NCBI GenBank assembly: GCA_030606485.1
Contig: JAUWGH010000001.1
Span: 330,001-362,000, forward strand
Length of the DNA: 32,000 bases
Direction: 5' to 3'
Source: Promethearchaeota archaeon
Lineage (GTDB): Archaea > Asgardarchaeota > Lokiarchaeia > Sigyniarchaeales > SOKP01
The position numbers and the translations under genes are program-made. The notes below the pieces were generated by a model. The model had not been told where the DNA came from, made no database searches, and was given only the letters and a program-made list of their open reading frames with translations. Positions 26,468 through 32,000 of this stretch are shown piece after piece; positions within the stretch are counted from its first letter, which is position 1, and every line of letters begins with the position of its first letter.

Positions 26468-27244
26468 ATGTTATTTAATTATATAATTGGACCAGCAGGA
26501 AGCGGAAAATCCACATTGGTTGCTCAGCTAAAAGATTACATCTCTATGAGAGATTCAGAAATAACTGTAATTGCAATTAATTTAGACCCAGGTGCGTTAG
26601 ATTTAAAGTTTAATGCAGATATTGATATAAGGGATTATATCACCTTAGATGAAGTTATGAGGAAGTATAATTTAGGTCCAAATGGAGGAATGATATTAGC
26701 TGCAGATTTAATGATAAATTATATAGAAGATCTCAAATATGAGATAAATCAATATCAACCTGATTGGGTTTTAATTGATACTCCAGGTCAGTTAGAATTA
26801 TTTGCTTTCAGGGAAGTGGGTCCAATTATCGCAAGTTCCTTAGGTTTCGGTGGTGTTCAGAGATCGACAACTTTTTTATTTGATTCATATATGGTAAAAC
26901 GACCGAATGGATTTATATCTACCCTGCTATTAGCTGCTTCAGTTCAATATCGATTTCTAAATATTCCACAAATTAACGCTCTTTCTAAAATCGATTTATT
27001 AGATGATGATTTAATTGATATGGTCCTCGAATGGAGCACAGACTTTCAAAAATTAAGTGAGGCTACCAATGAAAGGGAAAAAGGTTTAATACGTGAATTA
27101 TCTCTTTTAGTATCCGAAGTATTTTCTCAACTAGGCTCTACCTCTGAATTAATTCCAATCACAACGGTAAGAGAAGATGGTTTGGACATTTTATTTGGGA
27201 CCCTTCAACGCATTTTTGATTCGGATAAATCAGAGTTTTATTGA
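26468..27244 (+). CDS. GPN-loop GTPase
   Basis: G1 GPAGSGKST, INLDPG, DIDIRDYIT, GPN loop LGPNGG, G3 DTPGQLELF, G4 SKID. Confidence 0.93.
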   Translation: MLFNYIIGPAGSGKSTLVAQLKDYISMRDSEITVIAINLDPGALDLKFNADIDIRDYITLDEVMRKYNLGPNGGMILAADLMINYIEDLKYEINQYQPDWVLIDTPGQLELFAFREVGPIIASSLGFGGVQRSTTFLFDSYMVKRPNGFISTLLLAASVQYRFLNIPQINALSKIDLLDDDLIDMVLEWSTDFQKLSEATNEREKGLIRELSLLVSEVFSQLGSTSELIPITTVREDGLDILFGTLQRIFDSDKSEFY

Positions 27245-27381
27245 ATAAAAATAGTTTTAAATTTTAAAGATTTTTTTATTTATTAACTAGAGTTCATATT
27301 AAAGAAATATTAAAGCAATCTGAAATTAAATTTATTAATGAATACAATTCTTTATCAGAAAGTGAGAGATTTTTATTAGAC

Positions 27382-28506
27382 ATGAAGATAATTGGTCCTA
27401 TAGCTGGAAGCGGGTCGCGATTGCGTCCTTTCACGTTTAAAAAACCTAAAGCTTTTATTAAAGTTGCAGGTAAAACAGTTTTGGACCATATTTTAGGCAA
27501 ATTAAAGGATACATTCGATCAAAATACCGAATTAATATTAATCGTTGGTTATAAGAAAGAGCAAATAATTGATTATATAAGTAAAAATTACTCAAAGGAT
27601 TTCAAATTAACGTTTATAGAACAAATACCCAGAGGTTTTGATGGAGATGTACCATATTATTGGGGTCTCGGCGAAGCTATTTATCTTGCCAAGGAACAAT
27701 TCAATTTTCAAGAAGATGATTTGAACAAGAAAAGTATAAATGAAAAAAAAGATGGATGTTTGATTTTCTTAGGTGACATGGTTCTACTTGATGAGTACTC
27801 ATATATTTTATATCGATATTATGAATCAGATGTGGATGGAATAATAACCGTTATGAGAGTTCCAAAGGAAGAAGCTAGTTCTTATGGAATTGTGTCTGTT
27901 GATGATAATATGATCATCAAGAATTTAGTCGAGAAGCCTAAGGAATTTATCTCTGACCTAGCAATCGCAGGAATCTATGCATTTAGTAGAAAAACAACGA
28001 ATGCTTTATTTAACAACATAAAAAAATATTTGGACAACAAATCTGAAGATTCTGGTGAAATTTATATGACTCCAGCACTTCAAGATTTGATAGATCAAAA
28101 CTACAAAATCGCTGCAGTCGAATTGAAAAAAGGGATTTTGGATTTTGGGAGAACTACCGAACTTTTGAAAGGCAACCGCTATATATTAGAGCATATGGCT
28201 CAAATAAATGAAAAATCTTCAACACAAAATGTAAATTTCAAGTATAGTGTAATTAATACACCAGTAAATATTGAAGAAAACACTGAAATTACTCATTCTA
28301 TTATTGGGCCATATGTATCTATTGGTAAAAATTGTAAATTAAAGAAATGTATATTAAAAAATTGCATAATCGAAGATGGTGCATATCTCTCAAATATAAT
28401 TACAGAAAATTCAATTATTGGGAGTTATGTTAAAATTGACAATCTCTCTAAAGATAATTTGATGATTGGAGATAAATGCCAACTAGTTTTAAATAATGAC
28501 AAATAA
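27382..28506 (+). CDS. Sugar-phosphate nucleotidyltransferase (RmlA/GlmU-like) with C-terminal left-handed beta-helix
   Basis: IAGSGSRLRPFT..KPKAFIKVAGK, GLGEAI, FLGD, YGIV, LVEKP, AIAGIYAF, DFG; hexapeptide repeats (IIGPYVSIGKNCKL). Confidence 0.88.
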   Translation: MKIIGPIAGSGSRLRPFTFKKPKAFIKVAGKTVLDHILGKLKDTFDQNTELILIVGYKKEQIIDYISKNYSKDFKLTFIEQIPRGFDGDVPYYWGLGEAIYLAKEQFNFQEDDLNKKSINEKKDGCLIFLGDMVLLDEYSYILYRYYESDVDGIITVMRVPKEEASSYGIVSVDDNMIIKNLVEKPKEFISDLAIAGIYAFSRKTTNALFNNIKKYLDNKSEDSGEIYMTPALQDLIDQNYKIAAVELKKGILDFGRTTELLKGNRYILEHMAQINEKSSTQNVNFKYSVINTPVNIEENTEITHSIIGPYVSIGKNCKLKKCILKNCIIEDGAYLSNIITENSIIGSYVKIDNLSKDNLMIGDKCQLVLNNDK

Positions 28507-28625
28507 GTATATGCCAGAAATGAAATAAAATTTTAAATTAAATAAAAATAAAGATTAAAGCAAGAAGATTTATTGATTATTTATATAATTTTTATTTTTT
28601 ATAGAAAAAAGGTGACTCTTAACAA

Positions 28626-30008
28626 TTGGTTGGGAATTTTATTGCCTGGGATGAAAGTAAAAAACCACGCGGAAGAATTGATATTAACTACAAAACAATA
28701 AAACAACTCTTGGATTCTCAAGGTTTTGAATCATATCAATTTTCGGAATTTCCAATTATTCATGAATCTCTAAAACCTTATGATATTTTGGTGTTTGCTT
28801 GTCCTGATTTTGCAAAAATTACACCTCAGGAAATAAATGAGATTGAGAATTGGGTGAGAGAAGATGGTGGTGGATTATTATTATTAAGTCATGCTGGAGG
28901 TGATAAGGGTCGTCAAACAAACCTTTCCGCTCTAGCTGAACGGTTTGGAATTACATTTGAAAATGATCAAGTGCTTTCACCTAATAATTATGGTATGGAA
29001 AATTTACCAAAGGTTTCTACATTTACACCACCTCATCAAATCAATGAAGGAATTAATGAAATTTGCTATCGTGCAGGTTGTTCTCTTACGACAATTGGGG
29101 GTTCTATTCCAATTGCTATGAGTGATCCAGACGCGGATCCCTTCTCAGTTCCTTTGATAGTTGTATCAGAAGCTGATAATGGGTTAGTATGCGTAATTGG
29201 TAGTTATGAAATCTTTAGAGATGAAATTGGCTGTGGAATTGAAAATGAACAACATCAAAAACTCGCTCTAAATTTATTTAATTGGTTGATTTCTGCACAT
29301 CGATTGAAATTAAAGGAAAAAGGAATTTCTACAATACCATCCAAAAAACCTGGACTGGCATATGGTTCAAGCTTACATCCTGCATTTTCTGATGCTGATG
29401 AAAAAGTTGGTACTCAACCGTATTCACCAATTACTGTGAAATCAGAAATTAAAATCTCCTCAAAAAGTGACCTTATACAAACTCTTTATTCAGTATTAGA
29501 TGAATTAAATGCTTTAAGTGATGTTGTAAATAAATTGATAGATTCAGTAATCGGTTCAGAAGATGAAATTATTGAATTACAGGCAATCAAAGAAATGCAA
29601 GAAAAGATTCAGCAGCCACCACAGTTAGAAGAACCCCCAGATCTTGGAATAGATTTTGAGAAATTAAAAAAAGAAGTTGAAGCCGAAACCGCTGAAGAGG
29701 ACAAAGAACTTACAGATTTAACTGAATTACCCAAAAAGCCATCTACTAAAAAACCGTTACCTCCAAGACCGAAAGGGATGCCTCCTCAAAATAAGAAACA
29801 GTCTAAAGAAGAATTAGCTGCGGAATTAGAAGGATTAGAGGGTAAAGTAAAAACAGTTAATAATTTAATTACATTCCTGAAGAAAAAGAAAAGAAACGGA
29901 AAAATTAAACAAAATGATTACAATAAGCAAATGAAAAAATTAAAGTATGATTTAGAAAATGCTATCAATAAAATAGATGAGTTAAAAAAATTATTTAACA
30001 AAAAATAA
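28626..30008 (+). CDS. GIFT (GldG/IFT52)-like domain protein with Pro-rich linker and C-terminal coiled coil
   Basis: WDESKK, YDILVFACP, EINEIENWV..GGGLLLL, TNLSALAERFGITFENDQV, VIGSYEIFRD, LALNLFNWL; no signal peptide; TTG start with GGTGA upstream. Confidence 0.65.
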   Translation: MVGNFIAWDESKKPRGRIDINYKTIKQLLDSQGFESYQFSEFPIIHESLKPYDILVFACPDFAKITPQEINEIENWVREDGGGLLLLSHAGGDKGRQTNLSALAERFGITFENDQVLSPNNYGMENLPKVSTFTPPHQINEGINEICYRAGCSLTTIGGSIPIAMSDPDADPFSVPLIVVSEADNGLVCVIGSYEIFRDEIGCGIENEQHQKLALNLFNWLISAHRLKLKEKGISTIPSKKPGLAYGSSLHPAFSDADEKVGTQPYSPITVKSEIKISSKSDLIQTLYSVLDELNALSDVVNKLIDSVIGSEDEIIELQAIKEMQEKIQQPPQLEEPPDLGIDFEKLKKEVEAETAEEDKELTDLTELPKKPSTKKPLPPRPKGMPPQNKKQSKEELAAELEGLEGKVKTVNNLITFLKKKKRNGKIKQNDYNKQMKKLKYDLENAINKIDELKKLFNKK

Positions 30009-30030
30009 GCTTAATCAAGCATTTTATTTT

Positions 30031-31611
30031 TTATCCTTTTCTCTTTGCTTCAGTTAAAGCTTTTTCTGCTAATTTTGTAGCTTTATTTGCCTTTTCTTTT
30101 TGTTTTTTAAATTTATCTTTCCATATTTTTACTTCAGAATCTAATTCTTTTATTTTTTTTGTTAAAAGTGCTATTTCTTTAGCCGATTTTTGTATATCTT
30201 TTCCAGCAAAATATTTTTGAAAGAGAGATTCCGCTTCTACCAATTCACCTTCTGATTTGGCTTCTAATATTTTAAGTCTCTTCTTCTTTAAATCTTCAAT
30301 AGTTTCTTTAGAAAGAAAATCGAGAGGATTAAATCCTATGCCTCCATGTTCTGTTTTTCGTTTTCTAATTTTTAGAAATAAAGGTGCGATCTTAACGGCA
30401 TCACCACAAATTATACATTCACCTGGGTCTAATCTTTGAATTTCTTCTTTATATTCTGGACCTAAATCTTCAGCACTTGAAATAGTTATATCAACATCTC
30501 TTATATCAGTTAATTGATGTATTATCCATGTTCCTGCCTGACCTCTTATCGTAACATCTAATAGTTGGGGTTTTTGAGTAGATATAACGAGATTTGCACC
30601 AAATTTTCTTCCTTCTTGAGAAAATAGTTTTACAGTTTCTGATATGTCTGTTTTCTTTTTACCTGCAAAAAGATGAGCCTCATCTATGAAAAGATAAAAG
30701 GGTTGAATTTGTTTGGAGGTGCTCGCATTATATAATTTCATAAGAATATTATTGGCAATAACCTCTTGAAGTTCCAACGGTAAACCTCTAAAATTTATAA
30801 TTGTACATAAATTTGAAGCTACTAAATCAGTTGCATCTAAAGAAAAAATATATTTTATGTCCACATCCGCTCCCTCATTCAAATTTAAATCAGCAAATTC
30901 TATTATTTTTTCAACAAATTCACTAGGAGATATTTTATCCTTTTCTAATTCCTCAATTGGAATTTCCGCTTCGGAATCTGAAGGAATACTTGGTAATTTT
31001 TCAATTGGTTCTGAAGATTTACTTATATCCCAATATTCAAGTTCTGGCTCTTCATTAGGAATTTCTTCATCAGTTTCTGAAATTTCTCTAGAAATTTTTA
31101 AACTAGAATATTCACCATGTCGATCAAAAATGACTATAGGAATTCCTTTTTCTAGGAATTCCTCAATTAACACTCCCATCGTATACGATTTACCCGAACC
31201 AGATTTACCCGTAATAAAAATTCTACCAAAATTCTTTACTAATAAACGCACATCATATTTAGAATAACCAAGTAGAGTCCCAAAATGTATTGAATCTTCT
31301 TCGGGATTATCAATCCCAAAAGTTTCTATAATTTGCTCCCTTTTAGCAAGATAAACTTCACTTCCGATCTTAAATGGTCTTTTCGGCATATGACCAAGAA
31401 CTTTTATTGTTGCCATTAATCCTTGTTTATCATTCCAGATATCACTTATCTTAAATAAATAATAATCTTTCTCTTCATTACTATCAGAATCAGTATAAAT
31501 CACTAAATGATCGTTTCGCCCTAGATTTTTATCCACAATTAAAAAATTAACCGTGTGTGTTGTTGTTTTACCGATTAACTTTCCAGCAATTATATCTTCT
31601 TGTTTAGACAT
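30031..31611 (-). CDS. HerA-like/DUF87 ATPase
   Basis: Walker A ITGKSGSGKSYT, IVIFDRHGEY, Walker B LFIDEAH, EGRKFG, STQKPQLLD, PGECII; N-terminal beta-barrel-like segment, acidic insert and C-terminal coiled coil. Confidence 0.85.
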   Translation of the reverse strand: MSKQEDIIAGKLIGKTTTHTVNFLIVDKNLGRNDHLVIYTDSDSNEEKDYYLFKISDIWNDKQGLMATIKVLGHMPKRPFKIGSEVYLAKREQIIETFGIDNPEEDSIHFGTLLGYSKYDVRLLVKNFGRIFITGKSGSGKSYTMGVLIEEFLEKGIPIVIFDRHGEYSSLKISREISETDEEIPNEEPELEYWDISKSSEPIEKLPSIPSDSEAEIPIEELEKDKISPSEFVEKIIEFADLNLNEGADVDIKYIFSLDATDLVASNLCTIINFRGLPLELQEVIANNILMKLYNASTSKQIQPFYLFIDEAHLFAGKKKTDISETVKLFSQEGRKFGANLVISTQKPQLLDVTIRGQAGTWIIHQLTDIRDVDITISSAEDLGPEYKEEIQRLDPGECIICGDAVKIAPLFLKIRKRKTEHGGIGFNPLDFLSKETIEDLKKKRLKILEAKSEGELVEAESLFQKYFAGKDIQKSAKEIALLTKKIKELDSEVKIWKDKFKKQKEKANKATKLAEKALTEAKRKG

Positions 31612-31744
31612 TGAAATCTCTTACAAAAATAATGAATACTAAATATTTAATAAAAAATTACACATAAATTTTTAACTATTTATTATAATTCTTATGATAA
31701 TTGTTTATTAAAACCATCTTTTAACGAGAAAAGTAATAATAATA

Positions 31745-32000
31745 TCATTCTATTCTTTCATTTTTTTTTTTTGGCTTAAATTCATCAGGTACATATGGCT
31801 GGGCATATTTATTAACAATTTTAAAAAAATCTTTATCAGAGACTCCCTTCGCTATCTTATCTAACTCTTTCTTTATTATTTGAAAACTTTTTTGCACATC
31901 TTCCTTACTCGATTCTTCATGGGCTGCTTTTACTGCAGCTACAATCTTTTTAATAATCTCATCAGGAATATTTAAATCAAGTACTTTTATCTTCTCTTTA
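31745..32000 (-). CDS. Partial ORF (C-terminus only), possibly the helical tail of an isopropylmalate/homocitrate synthase-family enzyme
   Basis: Open frame from the window edge: KEKIKVLDLNIPDEIIKKIVAAVKAAHEES...VSDKDFFKIVNKYAQPYVPDEFKPKKKNERIE*. The family guess rests only on loose helical resemblance. Confidence 0.4.
   Translation of the reverse strand, partial: KEKIKVLDLNIPDEIIKKIVAAVKAAHEESSKEDVQKSFQIIKKELDKIAKGVSDKDFFKIVNKYAQPYVPDEFKPKKKNERIE

Noticed and set aside
27294-31267. ORFs 27294-27500, 30257-30439, 30857-31267
   Set aside because: Antisense shadows of the nucleotidyltransferase and HerA-like genes.
31761-31772. 12-nt T homopolymer inside the last partial ORF
   Set aside because: Encodes a Lys run near the C-terminus; may be a homopolymer length error that alters the last few residues, but there is no evidence of programmed slippage.
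1-32000. CRISPR arrays, rRNA, selenoprotein recoding/SECIS elements
   Set aside because: No regularly spaced direct repeats, no rRNA-like tracts, and no Fe-S or redox ORF interrupted by an in-frame TGA were seen.

Overview
AT-rich, gene-dense archaeal chromosomal window, most consistent with an Asgard archaeon (Lokiarchaeia-like). This placement is inferred from ribosomal protein eS30, a GPN-loop GTPase, GGTGA-type Shine-Dalgarno sites, intron-containing archaeal tRNAs, and HEAT/PCI, MIT-like and zinc-ribbon proteins. Contents in order: dapB-dapA (minus); a four-subunit 2-oxoacid:ferredoxin oxidoreductase operon ending in an unusual FrhB/FpoF-like + PyrK-like fusion; EamA transporter; ADP-ribosylglycohydrolase; PCM-like methyltransferase with a zinc-ribbon tail; archaemetzincin; tRNA-Pro(UGG) with a non-canonical intron; a 986-aa HEAT/helical-repeat/PCI/Ig-like protein; CinA-like protein; tautomerase; RNase H-like unknown; PIG-L deacetylase; MIT-like + zinc-ribbon protein divergent from a membrane-anchored long coiled coil; APC permease; TPR protein; eS30; three zinc-ribbon proteins, two of them tandem membrane paralogs; MBL hydrolase; tRNA-Trp(CCA) with a D-loop intron; orphan AbrB-type protein; a 56-aa zinc-ribbon ORF missing from the ORF track; GPN GTPase; sugar-phosphate nucleotidyltransferase; a GIFT/IFT52-like protein; a solo HerA-like ATPase; and a partial ORF at the right edge. 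No CRISPR array, rRNA, transposase or integrase was seen. The best candidates for new biology are the FrhB-PyrK fusion coupled to the oxidoreductase, the IFT52-like protein, the adaptin-shaped HEAT-PCI-Ig protein, the MIT/coiled-coil pair, and two tRNA introns sharing the same relaxed splice motif. All family calls are by motif recognition only; no searches were run.
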